Shown piece after piece: positions 16,642 through 23,714 of a stretch of DNA of 32,000 nucleotides. This stretch comes from Candidatus Saccharimonadota bacterium. Its GTDB lineage: Bacteria > Patescibacteriota > Gracilibacteria > UBA1369 > 2-02-FULL-48-14. The translations under genes and the position numbers were made by a program. The stretch is taken from contig OZ246396.1 in assembly GCA_965230905.1 (NCBI GenBank), positions 1,140,001 through 1,172,000 of the forward strand, read 5' to 3'. Numbering within the stretch: position 1 is the first letter of the stretch; each line of letters begins with the position of its first letter. The notes below the pieces were generated by a model. It saw nothing but the letters and a program-made list of their open reading frames with translations, made no database searches and had not been told where the DNA came from.

Positions 16642-17130
16642 TCAACTGGTGAGAGCGAGTAAAATGATGTTTACGATGATCCAGGAGGAAAGTACGAGTA
16701 CAAAACCTCCAATGGCGTGGGTGATGATGGTTCTCCCTTTCTCTTTATCGTCCGTGAGTCCGCCTGCAATGTAATAGTACGCGCCCACCATGATCATCAG
16801 CACTAGAATCAGTCCGGCTAAGTCGATCACAAACTCAATCGCAAAAATAACGTAGTAGGGAACCATCCAAAACTGAATTTCGCCGGTTTTTAAGGCGCAG
16901 CCTAAAATTGCCTCGATATCTGCTTTTTCTCCTACATCGATCATTTCCTTAAGTTTGTCTTCATCTTGAAAGATTCCTTCCCAAAAGGCCCAGTTGCTTT
17001 GATCATTAGGATCACAGTTGAACCATTCGTCACTGGTTTCGGGAAGAATTGTGGTTGCAGCAAAAGCGTTTGGGGCAAAACAATAAAATGCGGCAAGTCC
17101 CGTGAATAGTATTTTTTTGGCGAGGTTCAT
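16642..17130 (-). CDS. secreted two-TM small protein, type IV secretion pilin-like (TrbC/VirB2-like, CPR 'T4SS_pilin' architecture)
   Basis: It has a signal peptide (MNLAKKILFTGLAAFYCFAPNAFA) and then two C-terminal TM helices joined by a G..D.EKG loop (LILVLMIMVGAYYYIAGGLTDDKEKGRTIITHAIGGFVLVLSSWIIVNIIL). The stop lies 1 nt before the AI-2E start. Confidence 0.5.
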   Translation of the reverse strand: MNLAKKILFTGLAAFYCFAPNAFAATTILPETSDEWFNCDPNDQSNWAFWEGIFQDEDKLKEMIDVGEKADIEAILGCALKTGEIQFWMVPYYVIFAIEFVIDLAGLILVLMIMVGAYYYIAGGLTDDKEKGRTIITHAIGGFVLVLSSWIIVNIILLALTS

Positions 17131-17174
17131 AAATGGCGATTGGCTTTATTAACTCAGAATAGAGGCGCGTCGGC

Positions 17175-17317
17175 AAGTAAAATTTCTTCCCCTGTATCTT
17201 CTCTTCTGAATTTCTTCACCTGGGAGCGAAAGAACTCGGATCATGATCCTCGTCCTTTCTTCCTTTTAATTTACGGTTCATAAATTCAGAAGAGAACCAT
17301 GGAAAGAAATTTTACTT
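17175..17317. repeat. 143-bp three-tier imperfect palindrome (ERIC/MITE-like element or long structured RNA)
   Basis: The outer arms, 17175-17188 and 17304-17317, are 14 bp and perfect. The inner arms, 17199-17213 and 17282-17296, are 15 bp and perfect. The central perfect palindrome GGATCATGATCC lies at 17238-17249, flanked by GAAAG.AC/GT.CTTTC. All three tiers are co-centred within ~4 nt. Confidence 0.75.
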
Positions 17318-17364
17318 TCCTAAACAGAGGAAGACAGTCTTAGTACGTCTGTTTAGGAAATTTT
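17316..17364 (+). terminator. 13-bp perfect hairpin followed by TTTT, 60 nt upstream of der (terminator- or attenuator-like)
   Basis: The arms are tttcctaaacaga (17316-17328) and tctgtttaggaaa (17348-17360), with a 19-nt loop, followed by tttt at 17361-17364. The stem is AT-rich with only 4 G:C pairs, so it is weak for an intrinsic terminator. Confidence 0.35.
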
Positions 17365-17423
17365 GATTAGCGCCTTGAGGTTCTCTTCTAGATTTGCTAA
17401 TCTAAATCGCATTGACCCAAATT

Positions 17424-18851
17424 ATGTCAGCAGTTGTGTCCATTGTCGGAAGACCCAATGTGGGAAAATCTACTCTGTTTAACAGGTTGATTGGCAAGCG
17501 CCGTGCGATTGAATCCGATGTGCCGGGAACGACTCGTGACCGACTCTACGATAAGGTGATGGTTGAGGGTCATCCTATTATTCTCGTGGACACGGGAGGG
17601 CTTGAAACCAAGGCCGGATCCGATATTGAAGCCAATGTTCAGGAACAGTCTGCGGCCGCGATTGCGGGCTCGGATATTATTGTGTTTGTGGTGGATGTGC
17701 GTGAAGAGCTGACGGCGGAAGATTTTCATGCGGCGACTTTGCTGCGAAAGTCTAAGAAGCCGGTGATTTTGGTGGCGAACAAGTGCGACAATCCTAAGTT
17801 TGAAGAACTGCGTTTCAATATGTTTGAACTTGGATTTGGTGAACCGGTGGCGCTGACGGCGCTGCACTCTTTTGGAATCGATGAACTCGAGAGCCGGGTG
17901 GCGGAACAACTGAAGAAACTAGGTTTTGAAAAAGGTGAGGTGGAGGCTGCGGACGACAATCGTATCAAAATCGCCTTTTTAGGACGACCGAATGTGGGGA
18001 AATCTACTCTGGTGAATGCCTTGTTTGGAAAAAAGATGGTGGTGGTTTCGGATGTACCGGGAACGACGCGCGATTCTACGGAAATTCCTTTTGAATACAA
18101 AGACACGGCTTTTACTTTGATCGATACGGCCGGGATTCGACGCCGTGGAAAGATTGAACCGGGTCTGGAAAAATACAGCATTCTGCGCTCTATGGGGGCG
18201 GTGGAATTGGCGGACATTTGTGTGCTTTTGATCGACGCGACCGAAGGGGTGACTAAGCAAGATTGCCACGTCAGCGAATACATTTTGGAACAAAAAAAAG
18301 GACTGATTTTGGTGGTGAACAAGATGGATTTGTATGAAGGAAAGGAGCGCGAAGACCGAGAACACATGCTGGTGCACGATTTGCAAAACACCATGGCGTA
18401 CTTACCGTGGGCACCGGTGATTTTTGGATCCGGGCTCGAACGACGGAACATTTTCCCGGTGCTGGATTTGGCCATTCAAGTGACGGAAGAACGGAACCGC
18501 ATTGTGCCTGCCCAAGACCTCCGTGTGTGGCTCAGCCAAGCGGTTAAAAAACATCCACCGCGAGGAAGCCGAGGAAAGCATCGTTTCAACGTGCTTTCGG
18601 TGGAACAGGTGGATATTTTGCCTCCGACTTTTGTTTTCTACTGTGATTGGCCCGAGATCATGCACTTTTCTTACGGGCGATTTTTGGAGAACGAGCTGCG
18701 TTCACAATTTGGATTCAATGGAACCAGTTTGCGCATGTTGTTCCGAAAACCGGGCGAACGTGGACCTAAGCACAAACGAAAAGGAGCTCTCGATGCCGAG
18801 AAGCCGGAAGAGTTCACGGTGATCGATGATGGGATCGACGAGGAGCAGTGA
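17424..18851 (+). CDS. der: ribosome-associated GTPase Der (EngA), double GTPase plus KH-like domain
   Basis: There are two P-loops (GRPNVGKST at both domain starts), two DTGG/DTAG motifs and two NKCD/NKMD motifs. I prefer the ATG at 17424 (MSAVVSIVGRPNVGKS); the track uses a TTG at 17412. Confidence 0.93.
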   Translation: MSAVVSIVGRPNVGKSTLFNRLIGKRRAIESDVPGTTRDRLYDKVMVEGHPIILVDTGGLETKAGSDIEANVQEQSAAAIAGSDIIVFVVDVREELTAEDFHAATLLRKSKKPVILVANKCDNPKFEELRFNMFELGFGEPVALTALHSFGIDELESRVAEQLKKLGFEKGEVEAADDNRIKIAFLGRPNVGKSTLVNALFGKKMVVVSDVPGTTRDSTEIPFEYKDTAFTLIDTAGIRRRGKIEPGLEKYSILRSMGAVELADICVLLIDATEGVTKQDCHVSEYILEQKKGLILVVNKMDLYEGKEREDREHMLVHDLQNTMAYLPWAPVIFGSGLERRNIFPVLDLAIQVTEERNRIVPAQDLRVWLSQAVKKHPPRGSRGKHRFNVLSVEQVDILPPTFVFYCDWPEIMHFSYGRFLENELRSQFGFNGTSLRMLFRKPGERGPKHKRKGALDAEKPEEFTVIDDGIDEEQ

Positions 18852-19775
18852 TTAAAGCAGTTCGTTGAGTAAGGCCACCCATTCCTTGCGAATTTCTGAG
18901 CGGCGATCTTTATCGTGGAACTTGAGCATCGTGGGGGAGATAACGGTGCCGCTGCGATCTTTAAGGTCGTAAAATTTATCTTTGGCTCGGCGAATTTGTT
19001 TCTCACGTGTTTTTACTTCCCATTCGTCCTTATTGAGGATTTTTTCAGCCCAGCTTTTCATTTTATCTTGAAACGGAGTGGCTTTCCGGAAGAAACGGCG
19101 GTGAGGCGTTACGGTTCTAAAATATTCTTCCAGCCAGGCACGATTTTCTTCCAGAATTTTTTCGTACACCGTGTAGTCCCCGGCAATGGGCTCCAAGGTT
19201 TTGAGCCAGTAGGCAAGGTAAATATCATAGGGTTCTTGGGCGAGTTTTTTGAAATCGGTGGAATCTTCCGAAAGGTAGAAGCTTAGGCAGAAACGTCCTT
19301 CGGTTTTATTCCCGTGGCGGCGGACTCCAAAGAGGCTGGTGAGTACGGTGAGGCAGAGTCGGGCCAGGAAGAGGCGATTTTTTTCGGTGACCACAAGCAG
19401 GTCGATGTCGCTGCCTTCGTCTACGGCATAAATGGGTAAACTGTTGCAGACGCAGACCAGTTTTACAAAAGGACAGATTGAAAAGAGCCATTGGTAGCGG
19501 CGTACCTTTTTCCAGAGTTTTCGGGAACGCTGTACTTTTTCAAAGAATTTTTCGTGAAAAGCAGGGTCGCTGGAAAGGGAATAATAACCTTCCGTGAGTT
19601 TAATGAGCGGGCTTTCCTTGAGGTAAATGCTGATCTTTTCTTCATCCGGCTGCGCGAAAAACAAATGTTCACTCAGTTCGCTGCGGGTCAGGGGGACTTC
19701 AAAGAGCTGGAAATACGCAAGCGTGGAGAGCACCGCCTGCTTCATGTTCATGTTTTTTGGAAAGACTTCGCTCAT
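18852..19775 (-). CDS. Pol-beta-superfamily nucleotidyltransferase-domain protein with an N-terminal winged-helix-like region
   Basis: The protein is 307 aa. VCVCNSLPIYAVDEGSDIDLLVV fits the h[GN]S-x(10)-DhDh minimal NTase motif. The N-terminal segment is AVLSTLAYFQLFEVPLTRSELSEHL. Function is unknown. Confidence 0.55.
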   Translation of the reverse strand: MSEVFPKNMNMKQAVLSTLAYFQLFEVPLTRSELSEHLFFAQPDEEKISIYLKESPLIKLTEGYYSLSSDPAFHEKFFEKVQRSRKLWKKVRRYQWLFSICPFVKLVCVCNSLPIYAVDEGSDIDLLVVTEKNRLFLARLCLTVLTSLFGVRRHGNKTEGRFCLSFYLSEDSTDFKKLAQEPYDIYLAYWLKTLEPIAGDYTVYEKILEENRAWLEEYFRTVTPHRRFFRKATPFQDKMKSWAEKILNKDEWEVKTREKQIRRAKDKFYDLKDRSGTVISPTMLKFHDKDRRSEIRKEWVALLNELL

Positions 19776-19813
19776 TTGCCTTAGTGAAGGACTTATCTTA
19801 ACATGAGATTACT

Positions 19814-22087
19814 ATGGCTCAAAAGAAGATCGAAGCGCTACTCAAAAAATTGCCGTCTACGCCCGGCGTTTATAAAATGAGGGATGGCGAGGGGCGGATT
19901 TTGTACGTGGGGAAGGCAAAAAACCTGAATAAGCGTGTGCGCTCGTATTTTAGAAAAACCGTGAAAGCCGTGCGAACGGAAAAGATGCTTGAGCACGTGG
20001 AGGATTTGGAATGGATTGAAGTGGGCAGCGATTTGGAAGCCCTGATGCTGGAAACGAATTTGATCAAAGAGTTCCGTCCCAAATACAACGTGCTGATGAA
20101 GGACGATAAGAATTACGTATATATAAAGATCACGAAGAATGAGGATTATCCACGGATTGAAATTGTGCGAAAGGTTTTGAAAGATGGCGCACGCTATTTT
20201 GGACCAAAAACGGCGGCTCATACGGTGAAGAAAACGCTGGGTCTTTTGCAGAAACTCTTTATGTACCGCAGTTGCGACCTTGGTATTGATTGGAACGACG
20301 GCGCCGCGAAAGTGACTCGAAAAACCATCGCGTATCCGTGCCTGGATTACCATATTAAGCGCTGCGCCGCTCCTTGTATCGGAAAAATTTCTCCTGAAGA
20401 TTATGGCCGTTCTATTGAGAGGATTGAGTATTTTTTAGAAGGGAAAAGTGGGGAAATCGAAAAATCTTTAGAAGACCAGATGAACGCCTGCGTGGCTAAA
20501 AAGGAATATGAAAAGGCCGCACTGGTACGTGACAAATTGCTTTCACTTCGGCAACTTTTTGACAGCAAGCAAATCGTCACGTCGCCGGATTTGGAAAACA
20601 TGGATATTTTGGGCTTTGTGCTGGAAGGTGGCAAAGCATATTTGAATCTCTTTATGCTGCGGAATGGCAAGCTGATTGATCAAGAAAATTTCATTGCGGA
20701 TGCGGGTGGGTATGAAGCCGGCGAAGAAGACCAGGCGCAGGAAGTGGTGGAAGCTTTTTTGTATCAGTATTATGAAAAGGCGACTCAAATTCCGCCGCAG
20801 ATTTTGATTCCTGTGGAGTTTGAAGAGGCCGATTTTTTCATGACTTGGGCTGGGAATCAGGCGGGGCGACGGGTGAAATTGATCACGCCCGAACGTGGGA
20901 AGAAACACAAACTCGTGGAGCTGGCCGAAAAAAATGCTCGCAGCTTTTTGAAACAAAACAAGGCTCGTTGGGAGAGCATGGCTCCTTCCGATCAAGAGGC
21001 TTTGGAGGAACTTTCTCATGCACTGAGTTTGCCCAAGCCGCCTAAACGCATGGAGTGTTATGACAATTCGCATCTCGGTGGCACGGACACGGTGGCTTCC
21101 ATGGTGGTTTTTGAAAATGGCGTCGCTAAGAAATCGGATTATCGCAAATTCAAACTGCAAACTTTGGTGGATGGCGAGATCGACGACTTCAAGGCCATGA
21201 GCGAAATTTTGCTTCGTCGTCTTTCTCACTTGCAGCCCGTGCCTGCGGGAATTCAAATTCGCAAGGCAGCTAAAACCAATGTGCCGGGCATCCAAACCTT
21301 GCTTAAAGAATGGCGCAACACCGAAGAAATTGAAGGCAATTTGAATGAATACCAGGTGGTGCTTAAAGACAAAAAAGTCCTTGGATTTTTGCGACTTTTG
21401 CCGGGAAAGGACGCCACCTATCTTATAAAAGCTCTCTATGTTACGCCGAAAGCTCGTGAGCAAAGGCTGGGTCGAGCACTTATTTTTTGTGCGCTTGAAA
21501 AAACAAAGGCCAAGCGAATTTATGTGACGTGCGTAAGTGAAATGGAACCGTTCTACGAAAAGCTAGGCTTTGAAAAAATCAAAACCTTTCCATCAGAATT
21601 TTCTGAGCAGCTTTTGCCACTCCTAATGGCTTACGATCCTTCCAAACACCACGATGCTTCTTTTGAGACTAAACCGGATCTCATTGTAATCGATGGAGGG
21701 AAAGGCCAGCTCAGTGCTGCACTTAAAAGCCGCGATGCCCTCGGTCTCACTATTCCTATGATTGGTCTGGCAAAACGTGAAGAGGATGTATTTATTCCCG
21801 GCGCAAGTTTCCCTCTCCTCATTCCAAAAGACTCCAAGGCCTCGTACTTGCTGCAACGAATCCGCGACGAAGCCCACCGTTTTGCCATTACGTTCCAAAA
21901 AGACTCTCGCAAAAAACATATAACGCATTCTGTGCTCGATGAAATTCCGGGTATTGGAAAGGCCACTAAAATGAAACTTTTGAAGAAGTTTGGGTCGCTC
22001 GAAAAAATCAAACAAACGAGTGCAGAGGAGCTGACTGAGCTAGTGGGGAAGCGTCTAGCTGAGAAGATCTCCTTATTCTTCCGGTAA
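19814..22087 (+). CDS. uvrC: excinuclease ABC subunit C with a nested GNAT-like insertion
   Basis: It has a GIY-YIG domain (PGVYKMRDGEGRILYVGKAKNLNKRVRSYF), a UVR domain (EYEKAALVRDKLLSL), an endonuclease domain (ECYDNSHLGG ... PDLIVIDGGKGQL ... IGLAKREE ... RIRDEAHRFAITF) and a C-terminal HhH (LDEIPGIGKATKMKLLKKFGS). The protein is 757 aa, against ~600 aa for typical UvrC. Confidence 0.93.
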   Translation: MAQKKIEALLKKLPSTPGVYKMRDGEGRILYVGKAKNLNKRVRSYFRKTVKAVRTEKMLEHVEDLEWIEVGSDLEALMLETNLIKEFRPKYNVLMKDDKNYVYIKITKNEDYPRIEIVRKVLKDGARYFGPKTAAHTVKKTLGLLQKLFMYRSCDLGIDWNDGAAKVTRKTIAYPCLDYHIKRCAAPCIGKISPEDYGRSIERIEYFLEGKSGEIEKSLEDQMNACVAKKEYEKAALVRDKLLSLRQLFDSKQIVTSPDLENMDILGFVLEGGKAYLNLFMLRNGKLIDQENFIADAGGYEAGEEDQAQEVVEAFLYQYYEKATQIPPQILIPVEFEEADFFMTWAGNQAGRRVKLITPERGKKHKLVELAEKNARSFLKQNKARWESMAPSDQEALEELSHALSLPKPPKRMECYDNSHLGGTDTVASMVVFENGVAKKSDYRKFKLQTLVDGEIDDFKAMSEILLRRLSHLQPVPAGIQIRKAAKTNVPGIQTLLKEWRNTEEIEGNLNEYQVVLKDKKVLGFLRLLPGKDATYLIKALYVTPKAREQRLGRALIFCALEKTKAKRIYVTCVSEMEPFYEKLGFEKIKTFPSEFSEQLLPLLMAYDPSKHHDASFETKPDLIVIDGGKGQLSAALKSRDALGLTIPMIGLAKREEDVFIPGASFPLLIPKDSKASYLLQRIRDEAHRFAITFQKDSRKKHITHSVLDEIPGIGKATKMKLLKKFGSLEKIKQTSAEELTELVGKRLAEKISLFFR

Positions 22088-22471
22088 ATTCTCCTGAACT
22101 TTCTTTTTAGTGAGTCCCAGCTGAGCCAAGATGTCTTTGGCACGCTCACCGAGTGAGGGTCTGATCAGTGCCTGAAGGCGCTTTACTAAACTTTCGATGT
22201 TATCTTCTCTTATATGGTAAACATTGTCTTTAACTCGATCATGACCTGGATACCTACTTCTTAAGCCTGCTTTGAGTTGATCAGTATCCGTTAACAATTT
22301 TCTGGCAAGTTCTGGATCTTGCGTTCTCTCAGCTACGTTGTAGAGCGCTTCTCCCGATAAACGGTAGATTTCTTCAACAGGCATGGCTTTAGCAACTCGT
22401 ACATGATCTTGCCAAGTCATTTCAAGGCCTGGAATGCCTCGGTCTCCTCCTACTTTTGAGAATCTTGCCAT
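22073..22471 (-). CDS. hypothetical protein (132 aa, soluble, helical)
   Basis: This is the only long ORF in this interval and it has ordinary amino-acid composition. It overlaps the uvrC 3' end by 15 nt. I recognise no motif. Confidence 0.5.
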   Translation of the reverse strand: MARFSKVGGDRGIPGLEMTWQDHVRVAKAMPVEEIYRLSGEALYNVAERTQDPELARKLLTDTDQLKAGLRSRYPGHDRVKDNVYHIREDNIESLVKRLQALIRPSLGERAKDILAQLGLTKKKVQENLPEE

Positions 22472-22656
22472 AGAAGTTAATTAATGGCTAATCTTATCAA
22501 AATCTTGTGGTTTTGTAAACCCGGGCAGAAAGTATTTTAGCTAGTTTCCAAAAATAGGTCCGTAGTAACGCTGTTTAATTTCTACTTCTCTTTCCGAGCA
22601 CCATTGGTTCTAGCTAGCGCAGAGTTCGTGTATAATGACTTCACTAATCAAAAACC

Positions 22657-23097
22657 ATGAACCAAGAAACCCTTCTCAGTGAACTCAAAGCGTCCATGAT
22701 AGCCAAGGATGAACTTAAAACCTCCGTGCTGCGCATGCTCAAGGCTGAAGTTTTGAAAATTCAAACCGATGGAACGGGCACAGAAATTACAGAAGACTTG
22801 ATTCAGAACCTTATTCAAAAAATGGTGAAGCAACGTAAGGATTCCGTTGAGCAATTTACACAAGGCGGACGACCTGAACTGGCTGAAAAGGAAGAAAAAG
22901 AAATCGCCCTCCTCATGGCTTATATGCCTGCCCAAATGAGCGAAGACGAGGTGCGTGCCGAGGTTCAAGCCACCAAAGCTGCACTCGGCATCACTGACAA
23001 AAGCGGCCTCGGAAAACTCATGGGCGCGCTGATGGGCAAGCTCAAAGGAAAGGCTGACGGAGCGATGATTAAGAAGATGGTGGAAGAATCTTTTTAA
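22657..23097 (+). CDS. yqeY: GatB/YqeY domain-containing protein
   Basis: LKASMIAKDELKTSVLRMLKAEV...KQRKDSVEQFTQGGRPELAEKEEKEIALLMAYMP...KLMGALMGKLKGKADG is the YqeY family pattern. A TATAAT lies at 22631-22636. Confidence 0.85.
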   Translation: MNQETLLSELKASMIAKDELKTSVLRMLKAEVLKIQTDGTGTEITEDLIQNLIQKMVKQRKDSVEQFTQGGRPELAEKEEKEIALLMAYMPAQMSEDEVRAEVQATKAALGITDKSGLGKLMGALMGKLKGKADGAMIKKMVEESF

Positions 23098-23531
23098 AGG
23101 GAAATCACGTGTTCCGTGATGTTGATTTCAACGTGGTAGTTGATCTCTTCACCGGTAGCGCTGTCGGTCGTGCTGATTTCTTTATAAGAAATGTCGAAGA
23201 GTGAGTCGGCGTTGAAGGCGTCTGTTTGAGTACTGAGATTGTAGAAGGCCTCCCAGGTGATGGTTTTCATTTTTGCTGGATTTTCACCATCACGAATATT
23301 CACGGTAACCGTGGCGTCGCTCACCTCGTAACGTTCAGCTTCCACGGTAGGATTGCTGATGCTTCCGTCTTCCTCAATTACAACCGGGTCCATGGTGAAA
23401 GAAACGGCATCCACTGCAGTGATGTGAGCGATGCTGATGCTGGTCTCAGAAGTTTCGCTGTTTTCGGTAGGAATGCATCCTGTTAGCAACAAAGAAGCAA
23501 GCAAGGCCGTGTACAGTTTGGATATTTTCAT
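23094..23531 (-). CDS. lipoprotein, unknown function
   Basis: Starting at the ATG at 23531 gives MKISKLYTALLASLLLTGC, a signal peptide with the lipobox LLTGC. The track's longer N-terminus (to 23579) runs into the tRNA and is rejected. Confidence 0.65.
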   Translation of the reverse strand: MKISKLYTALLASLLLTGCIPTENSETSETSISIAHITAVDAVSFTMDPVVIEEDGSISNPTVEAERYEVSDATVTVNIRDGENPAKMKTITWEAFYNLSTQTDAFNADSLFDISYKEISTTDSATGEEINYHVEINITEHVISL

Positions 23532-23549
23532 GATCGAAGAGGGTGAGTG

Positions 23550-23638
23550 TGGTGCCGGAAGTGGGGGTCGAACCCACACTTCCGATGAAGGAAACGGGAT
23601 TTTGAGTCCCGCGCGTCTGCCAATTCCGCCATTCCGGC
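23550..23638 (-). tRNA. tRNA-Leu (anticodon CAA), long variable arm, CCA encoded
   Basis: The minus strand reads GCCGGAA-UG-GCG-GAAUUGGCAGA-CGC-G-CGGGA-CUCAAAA-UCCCG-UUUCCUUCAUCGGAAGU-GUGGG-UUCGACC-CCCAC-UUCCGGC-A-CCA. The 7-bp acceptor, D, anticodon and T stems all pair. The T-loop is UUCGACC. Confidence 0.92.
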
Positions 23639-23714
23639 ACGGGTCGTAAATTACACTATTTGTTTGGCGGAAACAATATGCTATTCTCTCTGCGCCATTA
23701 ATTTAATCCACACT

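Noticed and set aside
17243-17269. Mini-ORFs inside the big palindrome (8-aa MILVLSSF on the plus strand, a 31-aa ORF on the minus strand) as type I toxin candidates.
   Set aside because: They are too short or not hydrophobic enough for known type I toxins. They have no SD and most likely arise by chance from the palindrome sequence.
17412-18851. Alternative genetic code (UGA recoded, as in Gracilibacteria/Absconditabacteria).
   Set aside because: Conserved genes have expected lengths with no in-frame TGA. Several end at TGA at the expected position (der at 18849-18851, STAS at 10590-10592, the Cys-rich gene at 12225-12227).
21221-21673. The UvrC insertion interpreted as an intein or mobile intron.
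   Set aside because: The junctions lack intein hallmarks: there is no Cys/Ser/Thr-start block with a terminal His-Asn followed by Cys/Ser/Thr. The insert is in frame and contains GNAT motif A instead.
23532-23579. N-terminal extension of ORF 23094-23579 (MWVRPPLPAPHSPSSI...).
   Set aside because: It overlaps the tRNA-Leu gene. The internal ATG at 23531 gives a textbook lipoprotein signal peptide.
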